From a virus: a stretch of 64,000 nucleotides of DNA. The stretch lies in IMG/VR virus record IMGVR_UViG_3300032093_000074, positions 1 to 64,000 of that record; one strand, 5' to 3'. Under the pieces are notes generated by a model. That model was not told the origin of the DNA, made no database searches, and was given only the letters and a program-made list of their open reading frames with translations. Made by a program: the position numbers and the translations under genes. How positions within the stretch are numbered: the first letter of the stretch is position 1; each line of letters begins with the position of its first letter. Positions 27,401 to 37,465 of this stretch are shown piece after piece.

Positions 27401-29209
27401 TTCTACTACAGCATGGCTATAGACCAGTTGCTCACCTCACTAAGCATCGACGACGCAATCCGTTTGCACGACAACATTGTGGAATCCGCCGCAAAAGTGG
27501 GACGCAAACCCGAGTTTTATTTGGGTGACAAGAAACGCTGGCAACGCATCCAAGACGCCAAAGACGGCAAACTCCCTATGCAGGGCACATTGACTTTAGA
27601 AGAAGTAGACGACTTTGCTAAAGGTCAGGCTTTGGACGAACTCAAAGGTTTGCTTTACGACGCCAGCAACGTGCGAAACTCTATGGACGCCGCCCGAGTC
27701 GTGTTCCCGTTCGCTAACGCTTTCGTAGAGTTCTACAAATCTATTGGCCGTGCCTACACAATGCCGACGCTGACCGGTGTCCCTCTGCCAAACCTAAAGT
27801 CTCTCCGCAAAACCCAGTTGGTTGTTGACGGCGGGCGTGATGCAGACCCAGACGGTGACGGTCGAGGGTACTTCTTTGTGGACCCCGAAACACAGGAATG
27901 GTCATTCACCTACCCAGGCTCAGGGTTTATTACTAAAAGCCTACTGGGTTTGACAGCCCCTCTGACCGCCCCTATCGCTGGCGCTTTGCAAGGTGTCGGG
28001 TTGAGCGAAGGCGACTTTTTCGGTTTGAAAACTAACCCAGGTTTGGGGCCGGTAGTTAACGTCCCAGCATCCTTCATGTTTTCAAAGGTTCTCCCCGACA
28101 CAGATTTTGTTCGGTCTGTAGAAAAGTTTTTTCTCCCATTCGGCAAAACCGAGTTCACCACAGAAACAGGTGGGGTTGCTTCCGGGGTTGTCAAATCTTT
28201 TCTCCCAGCTTGGTCCACCAAAATCATGTCAGCGGTGTTTGACGACCCGCAAAGCCTTACCGCTTTTGGCAACGCCGCATTCGAAACCCGCCAAGCGTTG
28301 CTTGCTACCGGCGAATACGACTTGAACAACTTTGAATCCATGAAACAGTTGGAGGAAGACACCAACTACAAGGCCCGCTGGTTGACGGTTATTCGTGCAG
28401 CAGGCCAGTTCACCGGTCCTTCCCGCCCAAGTTCAGAGTTCAAAACCAAGGTGATGGACGGCGATGTCTACATCAACCAAGCCATCGCAGACCTTCGTCG
28501 TTGGCAGTTGGAAGATTATGATTCTGCAATCTTGCGGTTCTTGGACACATACGGAGACGACTTTTGGGCATATCTCGCTCGCAAAACTTCTACCGGAGAG
28601 TTTGAAGCATTGGGCACCAGCGCCGACTTCGGTTCATGGGAACGAGACAACCCCGATTTTCTTCGAGAGTTCCCGAACGTCGCATCATATTTCGCCCCTG
28701 TCGGAACCGGCTTTGACTATTTTGTCTACACCGGCCAAATCGGTAAAGGTATGCGCCGCCGAGAAACTAACAAGGCATCGTTTAACGCAGCCCAATACTA
28801 TGTGGTTGGTGCGCAGATGCGTCTCGCCAACAAGCTCATCGGAGACAACCCGACCCCTGAGCAAGAAGAAGAACTAGACGCATACCGTAAAGCCCTCGAA
28901 TCCGATTACCCTGGGGCAAAATCGTATCCTTTCAACCCCAACAAACTACCCAACCAAATTGAGGCTTTATACAGCGCTGCTTTCGTATCAAGCATGGACG
29001 GCAACCCTGTAGCGGAAGGCACCCGCCTCTATCTGCAACAGCGGACCAACGTCTTGGCGCAGGTTGAATCAACCGGTCAAGGTTTGGGTGCTAAAAAGAA
29101 CCTTGAATACCGCAACCTTTTGCGGGCTTCAGCAAACATTATTATTGAAGAATACCCAGAGTTTGAACGTCTTTGGGAACGTGTACTTTCTAGAGAACTG
29201 GACCGCTGA
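24422..29209 (+). CDS. Large internal virion/ejection protein (1595 aa)
   Basis: Very long helical ORF in head module of a genome with no tape measure; function inferred from context. Confidence 0.6.
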   Translation: MAFRIAPDEEEAILRGMRREAESKNQIRTNIRPETSDKISELHKKYPWLSPGVLLAASKGNVSQELLDAMSASIATMANEDPDKANGKDKGNWFSSAVKGATRLTFAAFDTSKELFQNIVAKTPIPVATEYVGAKVQQATGQTEAGYGGPKASDIAIVNDAASRQGEGGFGEFIGSTTLASLARNWENQGSGYFVSENIVQEQRERAKKFRGTTQGGHAWTPGRGFAGMVFNEDSYAYNLMSGFVDGAVAVKIPVAPGVAFGLTKVSELAAADDAGDVLRQAGRVADTLQGRGQVIKISDMTGEELREARRLAGLVGDTVDVEQANAFLGTRAGRRLVERLVDANTTDDVRRLLGRNLYADTVKQLRDAKNEFEVQAVLADVLGKPQAGLASTKGVKGVKKVALSNARRLKMMESLDTQVGLKIKRGLGYKPGRMFDMSSTNPADVRRTLNQIDDWAKTTLMDEETRRTLLDKAVDAMVGDTATPTARKAFKEEFEQIAVDSLVKNSNVDKNVAAVVLLTMPTRMKKVTKWALGPDGVPDDAGFLKNATRVGDDVVDDASFGGAMLSSELADVIVEMPDPRQVRAISNRFNKIWRYKPKDVGPLKDANLERLAKAGTLRPPFSAVMWAQDKLFRRLILMTGGYSVRNLTEAQLRIALSYRNVEGVFDHPASWLGWATHKKGAFDITGEAFDYNTLTDNMRTFREAVQAENFTDFGDPTIAYRRGKRIGYFDEVDRTDPQQFDLVVEAHGDQIGLLNADPVARRVAGGATDEEILVFLRTDPEGKAWFRNQQDYHINGRPTFEKTTRGYKHVGNQQVDLNVEENLLLHIKEIRTRIEYQTGGDTRLKNVIAQGQLPVETVVIANQTVAGRPLGALINKNDEGQALMLEYKVPGSNRPGTRQVRVQSVDEATGEAVVVPFAFERGEASLDLRKLLEADDVYYNPKLTEILPHEIRVDSLKERPWDAGWDDMTDRAFAFLYGKPSRYLDRSPLFRQFYYSMAIDQLLTSLSIDDAIRLHDNIVESAAKVGRKPEFYLGDKKRWQRIQDAKDGKLPMQGTLTLEEVDDFAKGQALDELKGLLYDASNVRNSMDAARVVFPFANAFVEFYKSIGRAYTMPTLTGVPLPNLKSLRKTQLVVDGGRDADPDGDGRGYFFVDPETQEWSFTYPGSGFITKSLLGLTAPLTAPIAGALQGVGLSEGDFFGLKTNPGLGPVVNVPASFMFSKVLPDTDFVRSVEKFFLPFGKTEFTTETGGVASGVVKSFLPAWSTKIMSAVFDDPQSLTAFGNAAFETRQALLATGEYDLNNFESMKQLEEDTNYKARWLTVIRAAGQFTGPSRPSSEFKTKVMDGDVYINQAIADLRRWQLEDYDSAILRFLDTYGDDFWAYLARKTSTGEFEALGTSADFGSWERDNPDFLREFPNVASYFAPVGTGFDYFVYTGQIGKGMRRRETNKASFNAAQYYVVGAQMRLANKLIGDNPTPEQEEELDAYRKALESDYPGAKSYPFNPNKLPNQIEALYSAAFVSSMDGNPVAEGTRLYLQQRTNVLAQVESTGQGLGAKKNLEYRNLLRASANIIIEEYPEFERLWERVLSRELDR

Positions 29210-29991
29210 TGGCAGAAAAAAACATTGAAGAAGTAGACGCCCTACCCGCAAACCGTCCGGCAGGCACCCGCCTTGAATACAAGGGTGGCGAATGGGTGTT
29301 TGACGGCGCTGAATGGCTCCGTGGACAAGATTGGGATGCGCTCACCCCGCAACAAAAAAATGAACGAATCTCTGCCGCTTTCCAAGCAAACGTGGACGCT
29401 GCAGGAAACAACGATTTGTATGACCCGAACGACGAAGAAAAGGTCCGGGCCGAACTGTTGAGACTGAAACCTGTGGAACGGGAGAACGTCTTGAAAAAAC
29501 TGTACGAAGCCGGACAGTACGGCGGGTCTTCTAGAGGGAACGGTTTCAACCCCGCAGATATCTCTGCTTTTTCCAGCCTTCTATGGTATGCAAACTATAA
29601 AAAGAAAGATTTCAAATCTGCTCTTATCGATTATGAGCGGGACTTTGCGAAACGCCCCGACCTTCTGCAAGGGGTTGGTCGCAAACCGCCACGGCAGGTC
29701 ACAAACACCGACGAGATTCGAGCCGTGTTCAACAAGACAGCCCAAAACATGTTGGGGCGCAAACTCCCCGACAATGTTGCGGAACAGTTCGTTCGCACCA
29801 TCCAAACCCAGCAGGCCACATTCCAGCAACAGTTGGCTACCCAGTCAGGCGGGACTCTCATGCAACCGGCAGATGTCGGGTTGTCTGCGGAGAAGCAGAT
29901 TGAGGAACGTTTCCAAGAAGAACTGCGGGTGCAGAACGCTGCGACGTTTGCGGGTACTATGGACCAAATGATTAAAGGTTTGGCACAATGA
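29209..29991 (+). CDS. Putative internal virion protein
   Basis: Coupled ORF, context. Confidence 0.55.
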   Translation: MAEKNIEEVDALPANRPAGTRLEYKGGEWVFDGAEWLRGQDWDALTPQQKNERISAAFQANVDAAGNNDLYDPNDEEKVRAELLRLKPVERENVLKKLYEAGQYGGSSRGNGFNPADISAFSSLLWYANYKKKDFKSALIDYERDFAKRPDLLQGVGRKPPRQVTNTDEIRAVFNKTAQNMLGRKLPDNVAEQFVRTIQTQQATFQQQLATQSGGTLMQPADVGLSAEKQIEERFQEELRVQNAATFAGTMDQMIKGLAQ

Positions 29992-31016
29992 GCGATACAG
30001 GACCGGCACTTGACCCCCGTGAACAGATGCTTGTTTCCCAAGCAGATAAAACAGCCCAAGAAAAATCTTCTCGGGATGCTGCGGCTCGGCAAAAAAAGGA
30101 GGCTGAAGCCGCCAAAAAAGCCGAGACAGAGAAACGCCGGAAGGCTCGCCAAACCGCCCAGCAGGAACGCCAAGCCGCCAAAACCGCTCGATGGGAACAA
30201 ACCTTCCAAACCCAATATCCGCAGTATGCGTGGATGTTCACCGAGTTGGACCGCACCAAATATGCTGACGTATTCAACCTTTTCAACAAGGCTGTAGACC
30301 CGAAGACAGGTTACACGGCGGACCGTTTCCAAACAGAGTTCGCAGCGACATCCTGGTACCGTGAAATCCAGTCGTCCAACAAGATTCAAGAAATCCGTGA
30401 CACAGTTGGGACACTCGACTGGGACGCTGGGAGCCTCTCCAAGTTTGTGACCCGTGCAGTCGGCCAAGGCTGGTCCGGCGACCAACTCGGGCAGGAAGCC
30501 TATAAAGAGATTTTTGCTAAAGGACTCAACAACCAGTACATCAACCAAAAAGCGGTTGAACAGATTCGCAAAACCGCACCGTATCTGCGTTACCAAAACG
30601 CCGCTAAATCGTATTTTACGACACTCCCCGAAGACAAGATTCAACGTGTCCTCACCGGGGCTTTGACTGAGGAAGACGTTCTTGCCAGTCTGCGTGAATC
30701 AACAAAACTGAAATACAGCCATCTGTCGGCGGCTATCGACGCCGGTCAAACCTTGGAAGATTTGTCTGCTGACTACAAGAAGACTGCGGCAGGATTGTTG
30801 GAACGCAACGAAAACGACATTGACATGACCAGCCCCGATTTTGAGGTTGCGCTCGCCTACACGGATGGTTCCACTAAGCGCATGTTGACAACCGGCGAAT
30901 GGGCAAAACTGTTGAGAACAGACAAAAGGTATGGTTGGGAACGTACCGAGCAGGCCCGTGAAATCGGGTCACGCATCGCCACCAATATTGTTCAGCAGTT
31001 CCAGAGAGGATTCTGA
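29988..31016 (+). CDS. Putative internal virion protein
   Basis: Coupled ORF, context. Confidence 0.55.
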   Translation: MSDTGPALDPREQMLVSQADKTAQEKSSRDAAARQKKEAEAAKKAETEKRRKARQTAQQERQAAKTARWEQTFQTQYPQYAWMFTELDRTKYADVFNLFNKAVDPKTGYTADRFQTEFAATSWYREIQSSNKIQEIRDTVGTLDWDAGSLSKFVTRAVGQGWSGDQLGQEAYKEIFAKGLNNQYINQKAVEQIRKTAPYLRYQNAAKSYFTTLPEDKIQRVLTGALTEEDVLASLRESTKLKYSHLSAAIDAGQTLEDLSADYKKTAAGLLERNENDIDMTSPDFEVALAYTDGSTKRMLTTGEWAKLLRTDKRYGWERTEQAREIGSRIATNIVQQFQRGF

Positions 31017-32083
31017 TGGCCGCCGCACGACGCCGAGTAACACAACCATCCCCAAGCACCGGTGTCACCGATGTCAACTGGGATATGCTCCCAGCAGATG
31101 TTGTGGCACAGGTCACAGGACAGCCTGTTGCACAACCAATAAACCCTGCCCTGCCCCCTGTAGAACCGTCTTTTGAACCAACCACCCCCGCCCCAGGCGA
31201 CCAAAACCTGCCTGCTGCTATCACCGACCCAAACGACACCCTCACCAACCGCATCCTCACCGGCCTTCGTGGGTTCGGTATCGGGGACGCCACCTTCGCA
31301 TCCGAGATAGCGACAGCGATAGCGGACGGTCGGCTCAACGAAAACTCGGGCAGTTTCCTAGACGATGTTGGTGTGGTCCTCTCCGAATCCACCTACCTCA
31401 AAACCCGCTTCCCAGCGAACGTCACCCGCAAACAAGCAGGTCTACAACCGTTGCCACTCTCCGAAATCCTAGGGCTGGAGAACGGCTACATCACCGCTAT
31501 GCAAGCTGCGAACCTGCCCGCAGGTTTCTACGACGACCCCCAAACAGATTTGCAGAACCTCATCGCCCGCAACGTATCGGTCGCTGAAGTCCAGCGTCGA
31601 ATCAACCAAGGCTATTCAGCGGTACGCAACGCCGACCCCGAGATTCGTCGCCAGTTCAAAGAACTGTACGGGGTGGACGACGGCACTCTTGCAGCCTACT
31701 TTTTGGACCCTGTACGGATGGAAGCCCAACTCACCAGCCAAATGGAATCCGCCCAGCTCGCCGCTGAAGCCCGCCGTGTCGCAGACATGCAACTCACCAC
31801 AGCCCAGGCTGAAGCGTTGCAACAGGCAGGAATCTCCACCGCTGCAGCCCGTGAAGGGTTCGGCGCTATCAGCGAACAGCAAGGACTGTTCCAAGGACAG
31901 ATGGCCGGTGAGCAGGCGATTAGCACCGAGGAACAGATTGCGGGCACATTCGGCACATCTGCTGCGGCAGCGCAACGCATCGCCCAACGCCGACGCCAAC
32001 GCCAAGCCGCATTCGAAACCGGTGGCGGATTCTCCCAAGTCAACCAGTACGGCATCTCAGGTTTGGGAACCGCCGCACAATAA
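31016..32083 (+). CDS. Putative internal virion protein
   Basis: Coupled ORF, A/Q-rich C-terminus. Confidence 0.55.
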   Translation: MAAARRRVTQPSPSTGVTDVNWDMLPADVVAQVTGQPVAQPINPALPPVEPSFEPTTPAPGDQNLPAAITDPNDTLTNRILTGLRGFGIGDATFASEIATAIADGRLNENSGSFLDDVGVVLSESTYLKTRFPANVTRKQAGLQPLPLSEILGLENGYITAMQAANLPAGFYDDPQTDLQNLIARNVSVAEVQRRINQGYSAVRNADPEIRRQFKELYGVDDGTLAAYFLDPVRMEAQLTSQMESAQLAAEARRVADMQLTTAQAEALQQAGISTAAAREGFGAISEQQGLFQGQMAGEQAISTEEQIAGTFGTSAAAAQRIAQRRRQRQAAFETGGGFSQVNQYGISGLGTAAQ

Positions 32084-32096
32084 CCACGGTAAGTGG

Positions 32097-32125
32097 TTGA
32101 CAAAACACAGACGTTCCATTACTGT
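32097..32125 (+). promoter_or_regulatory. Promoter for scaffold/capsid operon
   Basis: TTGACA-17 nt-TACTGT. Confidence 0.8.
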
Positions 32126-32131
32126 AACTTT

Positions 32132-32254
32132 CTGAGGCCGAGTGCCGGAACCCACGGGTAGCCCCCGTAACCGTGGCGTACATATCGGGGTGTAACCAAC
32201 AAAGCAGCCACCCGAGTCCTCCGCTTGGGTGTGGGCAGAAACGGAGAGTGCCAT
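32132..32254 (+). promoter_or_regulatory. Structured 5' UTR of scaffold gene (two potential pseudoknots)
   Basis: Stems CCACGG/CCGTGG and CACCCGAG/CTTGGGTG; loops can pair with downstream CGGGG and with the RBS CGGAG. Confidence 0.5.
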
Positions 32255-32713
32255 ATGTCAAATTTCGAGGATTTCGATTCGGAAGACGACGACCAGCAAA
32301 CTGAAACCAACCCCATGCGGGCGAGGATGAAGCAACTGGAGAAAGAGAACCGTGAATACAAGAAGGTTCTAGCCGAAACACAGCAGGCTGCTAAAGAGCT
32401 TGCTTTCGTGAAAGCCGGAATCAACTTGGATAACCCGATGGCAAAATATTTTGTCAAAGGCTACGACGGTGAACTCACCCCGGAAGCAATCAGAGCAGCT
32501 GGCGAAGAAGCACAGTTGATTACACCCCAAACAACGGTGATGGACAGCGACAGGCAAGGCTGGCAGACAACCAACAGGATTGCTGCCGGAAGCGAAACCG
32601 CCCCACCGCCCCCGTCTTGGGCTGCTCGAATCAACGAAGCTAACTCCGAATCGGAACTTATTGCGATTTTTGCAGAGGCACAAGCACAAGGATTAGACCT
32701 CAACAACCTCTGA
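32255..32713 (+). CDS. Capsid scaffolding protein
   Basis: Acidic N-terminus plus coiled coil, directly upstream of capsid gene. Confidence 0.75.
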   Translation: MSNFEDFDSEDDDQQTETNPMRARMKQLEKENREYKKVLAETQQAAKELAFVKAGINLDNPMAKYFVKGYDGELTPEAIRAAGEEAQLITPQTTVMDSDRQGWQTTNRIAAGSETAPPPPSWAARINEANSESELIAIFAEAQAQGLDLNNL

Positions 32714-32729
32714 ATAGGAGAACACCCCA

Positions 32730-33710
32730 ATGGCTGATTATTACGCAGCAGAAACCGGCACCGCAAACCTCTCAACCGACCAGATTGCGTTTGAGAAACT
32801 TGCGTACTTCGCCCTTCGCCCCGAAATGTACTACGACCAGTTCGCAGACGTTCAGGCAACCAACGCCACCAACCCTGGCGCATCCATCAAGTTCACCATT
32901 TTCGCAGACCTTGCTGAAGCCACCACCGAACTCGGTGAGGCTGAGGATGTCACCCCTGTCGCCATGAGCGACTCGCAGGTGACGGTCACCCTGCGTGAAT
33001 ACGGTAACGCTACGGTCACCACCGCCAAGCTCCGTGCCTCGTCGTTCCTGCCGGTTGACCCGGTGGCTGCGAACGCTGTCGGATACAACGCCGGTATCTC
33101 GATTGACTCGATTTGCCGCAACGTGCTTCAGGCCGGTGACAACGTGATTTACGCTACGGGCGGTGCAACCGACCCGTCGAGCCGTACCACAATCAACACC
33201 GACGACCTGTTGGTGGCGAACGATGTTCGTCGTGTTGTGGCCCAGCTCCGTGGCGCAAACGTCCCCACCCTCGGCGGTTCGTACGTCGGCTTCATCCACC
33301 CGGATGTGTCCTACGACTTCCGTAGCAACACCGACGCCGCCGCATGGCGTACCCCGGCGAACTACGTCAACCCCGAAGGCATCTACAACGGTGAAATCGG
33401 AATGTTTGAAGGAGTCCGCTTCATGGAGTCGTCCCGTGCCCCGAAGTTTGTGGACGCATCCAACAACTCCGGTTCGTCCGGCACGATTGACGTCTACGGC
33501 ACCCTCATCATGGGCCGTCAGGCTCTTGCCAAGGGCGTGTCGCTCGGCGGCGAGTACGGCGCACAGCCGACCATCGTGTACGGCACCGTCACCGACTTGC
33601 TGAAGCGTTTCCGCCCGGTTGGTTGGAAGCACTTCGTCGGCTACGGCGTGTTCCGTCAGGAAGCCCTGCGCCGCATCGAGTCGGCATCCAGCATCGGCAC
33701 CAACGCCTAG
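32730..33710 (+). CDS. Major capsid protein (N4-gp56-like family)
   Basis: LGEAEDV, VTLREYGN, YVGFIHPDVSYD, GEIGMFEGVRF, DLLKRFRPVGWK motifs; strong codon bias; AGGAG RBS. Confidence 0.92.
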   Translation: MADYYAAETGTANLSTDQIAFEKLAYFALRPEMYYDQFADVQATNATNPGASIKFTIFADLAEATTELGEAEDVTPVAMSDSQVTVTLREYGNATVTTAKLRASSFLPVDPVAANAVGYNAGISIDSICRNVLQAGDNVIYATGGATDPSSRTTINTDDLLVANDVRRVVAQLRGANVPTLGGSYVGFIHPDVSYDFRSNTDAAAWRTPANYVNPEGIYNGEIGMFEGVRFMESSRAPKFVDASNNSGSSGTIDVYGTLIMGRQALAKGVSLGGEYGAQPTIVYGTVTDLLKRFRPVGWKHFVGYGVFRQEALRRIESASSIGTNA

Positions 33711-33731
33711 TCCTACCGACAAGGAAGCATT

Positions 33732-33763
33732 GCCCTCTCCGACTTGCGTCGGAGGGGGCTTTT
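33732..33763 (+). terminator. Intrinsic terminator after capsid gene
   Basis: GCCCTCTCCGAC-TTGC-GTCGGAGGGGGC-TTTT. Confidence 0.85.
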
Positions 33764-33814
33764 GCTTTATGGTGCCATCGGACGTTGTTGGAGAACTACG
33801 GTCCAACTGGTAAT

Positions 33815-33851
33815 AAAAACCCCTCGTCACTTACTGTTTCGGGGGGTTTTT
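33815..33851 (+). terminator. Second hairpin/terminator
   Basis: AAAAACCCCTCG...CGGGGGGTTTTT. Confidence 0.6.
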
Positions 33852-33865
33852 GTTATTATCTGCAC

Positions 33866-34120
33866 ATGGCTGTTTTTCGCCCACCCACAGACCCTTTCGT
33901 AACTTTTGATGATGGTTCGGGGGAAGGCATTTTTTCGTATTTGAACGGCTGGCCTCGGGGCCGGAACGTGTTCAAAATGACGGACGGCTCGTTTCAGGAA
34001 TCGGAACCGAGCGACCCTTCAACTATCGCCCACACCTACCACGGCGGGCATATCCATGAGTTGACCGCCCAAGAGGAAGCGGACCTTATCGCCGCGGGCT
34101 ACGGCGACTACATTGAGTGA
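33866..34120 (+). CDS. Hypothetical virion protein, leaderless
   Basis: TATTAT -10 box 6 nt before ATG; YHGGH..LT..E...L.AAGY. Confidence 0.7.
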   Translation: MAVFRPPTDPFVTFDDGSGEGIFSYLNGWPRGRNVFKMTDGSFQESEPSDPSTIAHTYHGGHIHELTAQEEADLIAAGYGDYIE

Positions 34121-34147
34121 CACGCAGAAACGTAGGGGTTTGACAAT

Positions 34148-34435
34148 ATGAAACACGCAGAAGTGCATCCCAGCCTTGACGTTGACGGCTGTTTCGGGTG
34201 CAAGGTGGCTGGTGTCCGTATGGGGTTCAACACGACAACCACCCGTGGGGCGAAGGTTGCTGAGGTAAACCAGCGGGAGAAAGGCTGGGGGAAAGACATG
34301 CCAGCCTATAAACGTCTCCGCCAGCAAGGGTTGCAACCGAGACAGATAGATGGTTCGGCGCTGTTGGAGTCCCGAGCTACTGAACGGTGGCAGATAGAGG
34401 GCGCACCGGTAGCAACCCCGACACCGGTCGAATGA
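34148..34435 (+). CDS. Hypothetical protein (H..VH....GCFGCK)
   Basis: ORF with AGGGG RBS. Confidence 0.7.
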   Translation: MKHAEVHPSLDVDGCFGCKVAGVRMGFNTTTTRGAKVAEVNQREKGWGKDMPAYKRLRQQGLQPRQIDGSALLESRATERWQIEGAPVATPTPVE

Positions 34436-35499
34436 ACCACCAAAACTGGGTCGGGCACAACGACCCGAAACTTGGCTACGGTTCGATGCTGGACGGTTTC
34501 AAAACCGCTGCACCGAAAACGGTTGTGTTTACAGACAAGGCTTCTGTGTCGGTGCATATGCAGGTGCCGGAAGCGGTGAAAGGGTGGTGGCGTGACGCCC
34601 ACCGAGTCCTGTTTACGATGTGGGAAACAGACACGATGCCGGACCGGTTCAAACCGTGGCTCAACCAGTTTGACCAAATCCTTGTCCCATGCGAAGACAA
34701 TGTTGAACTGTTCAGCCCGTACCATCCGGTTGTCCGCCATGTCCCGTTGGGGGTGGACACAAAGTTTTGGTGCGCCCAACCGAAACAACCAGGGCCGTAT
34801 CGGTTCCATGCTGGGGGGTCTTTGTGGAAGCGTAAAGGCTTAGATGTGGTTGTGCAAGCGTTCAAAAACCTGCGGTTGGCTGACGCCGAACTACATATCA
34901 AAGCGGCACCCCACGCATTTGACGCCCCGACAGGCCGGCTGGGGGACAACATTTTTGTGAACCGGAACTGGATGACCCGCACCGAACAACGGGACTGGTA
35001 CGCCCAAGCTGACTGTTTTGTAGCCCCAGCCCGAGGCGAAGGGTTCGGGTTGATGCCTCTCCAAGCTATCTCTATGGGCATCCCCACTATCGTTTCGGCT
35101 AGCACCGGTCAGAAACAGTTTGCGCATCTAGCTACAGGTGTGGTCGGGTGCAGAAAATCTAGGGCAGAAACTTGCGGTCACTGGGATGAACCTAGCCTTG
35201 CCGAGTTGGAGGAACAGATGATGCGCCACTACACGGACCGGCTAACGGTGCCGAGCGGGGTTCAACAGTTTTCGTGGACGGCTTCAACCAAGAAACTTGT
35301 CGCAGCGGTACCTAAAGGCGACGTTTTGGACACCGACGAGTGGGTGTTGCCGGAGGTGGATGTCCGGGTGAAAGCGTTGCGGACCGTGAATGCGACTGTC
35401 GGGAAAGAAACGTATCGGTTCAAAACGGGGGAGGAAGGCAAAGTTCCGCTCGGGGTTTTTGAAGTATTATCAGGGTCAGGAGCTTTGGAGGTTCTATGA
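34432..35499 (+). CDS. Glycosyltransferase family 4 (GT-B)
   Basis: TMWET, VPLGVD, RKGLD, ADCFVAPARGEGFGLMPLQA motifs. Confidence 0.9.
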   Translation: MNHQNWVGHNDPKLGYGSMLDGFKTAAPKTVVFTDKASVSVHMQVPEAVKGWWRDAHRVLFTMWETDTMPDRFKPWLNQFDQILVPCEDNVELFSPYHPVVRHVPLGVDTKFWCAQPKQPGPYRFHAGGSLWKRKGLDVVVQAFKNLRLADAELHIKAAPHAFDAPTGRLGDNIFVNRNWMTRTEQRDWYAQADCFVAPARGEGFGLMPLQAISMGIPTIVSASTGQKQFAHLATGVVGCRKSRAETCGHWDEPSLAELEEQMMRHYTDRLTVPSGVQQFSWTASTKKLVAAVPKGDVLDTDEWVLPEVDVRVKALRTVNATVGKETYRFKTGEEGKVPLGVFEVLSGSGALEVL

Positions 35500-35768
35500 C
35501 TATCGAATATCGGGGCGAAAAGTTCGCCGGTTACAACAAGCCGAAACGGACACCGAACGCCAACAAATCTCATGCTGTCTTAGCCAAGGAGGGCAGCAAG
35601 GTGAAGTTGATTCGTTTCGGTCAGCAGGGTGTGTCTGGTTCCCCGAAGAAGGCTGGGGAATCTGAGGCGTACCGGAAGCGTCGTGAATCGTTCAAGGCCC
35701 GCCACGCTTCGAACATCGCCAAGGGCAAGATGTCTGCGGCTTACTGGGCTGACAAAGTAAAGTGGTAA
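35496..35768 (+). CDS. Small basic phage protein (KLIRFGQQG..ARH..SAAYWADKVKW)
   Basis: Coupled ORF with recurrent phage motif. Confidence 0.75.
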   Translation: MTIEYRGEKFAGYNKPKRTPNANKSHAVLAKEGSKVKLIRFGQQGVSGSPKKAGESEAYRKRRESFKARHASNIAKGKMSAAYWADKVKW

Positions 35769-35780
35769 GGTACTAGAGAT

Positions 35781-36122
35781 ATGGCTGCTCCCGCTAAACA
35801 AGACTTGACTATCGTTCGTGGTGACACCGAGATTGTCGACGTGACCCTCACCACCGATGGGTCTACCCCTATCAATATCACGGGCCGCACCTATGCCTCG
35901 CAGATGCGTACCACCCCCGACATTGCTGCTATCGCCATTACGGGTACTTGCACGATTGTGGACGGCGCAGCAGGCGAGATGCGTGTCACGTTTTCTGCTA
36001 CGGACACCGCTGACCTTGACCCAGGCTACCTGTATTGGGACTTGCAGGAAACGGCTGGCAGCACGGTTTCCACGATTCTTGCTGGGACTGTCACCGTTCT
36101 TGCCGATGTAACGAGGCTGTAG
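35781..36122 (+). CDS. BppU-N-like tail/fibre attachment protein
   Basis: LTIVRGDT, PINITG, YWDLQ..TILAGTVTV motifs. Confidence 0.7.
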   Translation: MAAPAKQDLTIVRGDTEIVDVTLTTDGSTPINITGRTYASQMRTTPDIAAIAITGTCTIVDGAAGEMRVTFSATDTADLDPGYLYWDLQETAGSTVSTILAGTVTVLADVTRL

Positions 36123-36123
36123 C

Positions 36124-37464
36124 ATGACCACTACTCAGGTGGTTGTCGCTGTCGAAAGCGAACCAGTTACCCTCACGAAAACTGGCAACACCTATTTGGT
36201 TTCTTTGGCTGACCCTGCTGTTCCGGTTGAGGTTGGTACGAAGGTTACGATTATTGCGTCTGAGAACACGGGGCCTCAGGGTGTGCAGGGACCGCAGGGC
36301 GCTACTGGTGCTACCGGCTCGCAGGGTTTCACGGGCGCTCAGGGCGCTCAGGGGCCTCAGGGCGCACAAGGTACGCAGGGTCCACAAGGTACGCAAGGTA
36401 CGCAAGGTACACAAGGACCCCAGGGTGCGCAGGGTTCGACAGGGCCACAGGGTTCTACCGGCGCTCAGGGACCTCAGGGGGCGCAGGGAGATATCGGCCC
36501 GCAAGGTTTGACCGGCCCGCAAGGTTCTACCGGAGCAACAGGCGCACAAGGCGACATCGGACCCCAAGGAGCGCAAGGCCCGCAAGGTACGCAAGGCCCG
36601 CAGGGGGCACAAGGCCCGCAAGGTGATGTGGGGCCTCAAGGCGCTACCGGCCCCCAAGGACCTCAAGGTGTACAAGGCCCACAAGGAACAACAGGAGCGC
36701 AAGGCCCGCAAGGTTCGGATGGGCAGTCGGCAAGTTTCTACGACTACCTAGCCAAAACGTCGCTCATCGGCGGCGACCCGCTGTCTGGGTTCATCATCTG
36801 GAACAGCGCCACCCAATCTGCCGCAACACAAATCAACGTCAGCCACACCGACCAAGACGGCTACGACATTGACATCTTCTTGGCGACAATCAAAGCCAAC
36901 GACACAATCATTCTCCAAGACAAGTCTCTGCACACGAACTACCAGAAATGGACTGTCTCGTCGGCCCCTGTCGTGCAGGTTGACTACATCGAGATTCCCG
37001 TCACGCTCGTTACTTCGACGTACAGTTTCCCGAACAACCAGCCGATGCTGTTTGTCATCTCGGCTATCGGTGCCCAAGGCCCGCAAGGTGCACAGGGTGC
37101 TACTGGCCCGCAGGGAGCGCAGGGTGCTACTGGTTCGCAGGGTCCTCAGGGTGACATCGGCCCGCAGGGGGCGCAGGGACCTCAGGGTGCAACAGGTCCT
37201 CAGGGACCACAAGGAGATATCGGCCCTCAAGGTGCTACAGGTCCCCAAGGTTCGACTGGTGCTACTGGTGCCCAAGGCCCGCAGGGACCGCAAGGTTTCA
37301 CCACTTTGTCTGCTGCTACCGATGTCGCTATCTCGTCCCCGTTGACGGGTCAGGCCCTTGTGTACAATCAAACCCTGAGCAAATGGGTGAACACGACAGC
37401 ATCCACCGACCCGATGAACGACTCGAAGTTCACGGCGATTATCACGACAGATGTAGGAGCATGA
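36124..37464 (+). CDS. Collagen-like fibre protein
   Basis: Two long G-X-Y (GPQ/GAQ/GAT) repeat tracts. Confidence 0.9.
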   Translation: MTTTQVVVAVESEPVTLTKTGNTYLVSLADPAVPVEVGTKVTIIASENTGPQGVQGPQGATGATGSQGFTGAQGAQGPQGAQGTQGPQGTQGTQGTQGPQGAQGSTGPQGSTGAQGPQGAQGDIGPQGLTGPQGSTGATGAQGDIGPQGAQGPQGTQGPQGAQGPQGDVGPQGATGPQGPQGVQGPQGTTGAQGPQGSDGQSASFYDYLAKTSLIGGDPLSGFIIWNSATQSAATQINVSHTDQDGYDIDIFLATIKANDTIILQDKSLHTNYQKWTVSSAPVVQVDYIEIPVTLVTSTYSFPNNQPMLFVISAIGAQGPQGAQGATGPQGAQGATGSQGPQGDIGPQGAQGPQGATGPQGPQGDIGPQGATGPQGSTGATGAQGPQGPQGFTTLSAATDVAISSPLTGQALVYNQTLSKWVNTTASTDPMNDSKFTAIITTDVGA

Positions 37465-37465
37465 C

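Noticed and set aside
32772-33830. Long antisense ORFs (opposite capsid, collagen, nozzle and S/T-rich genes)
   Set aside because: These are shadows of codon bias in high-GC coding strands, with no RBS or motifs.
36271-37296. CRISPR-like or satellite repeat array
   Set aside because: The repeats are 9-nt periodic codons for collagen G-X-Y inside one ORF, with no repeat-spacer structure.
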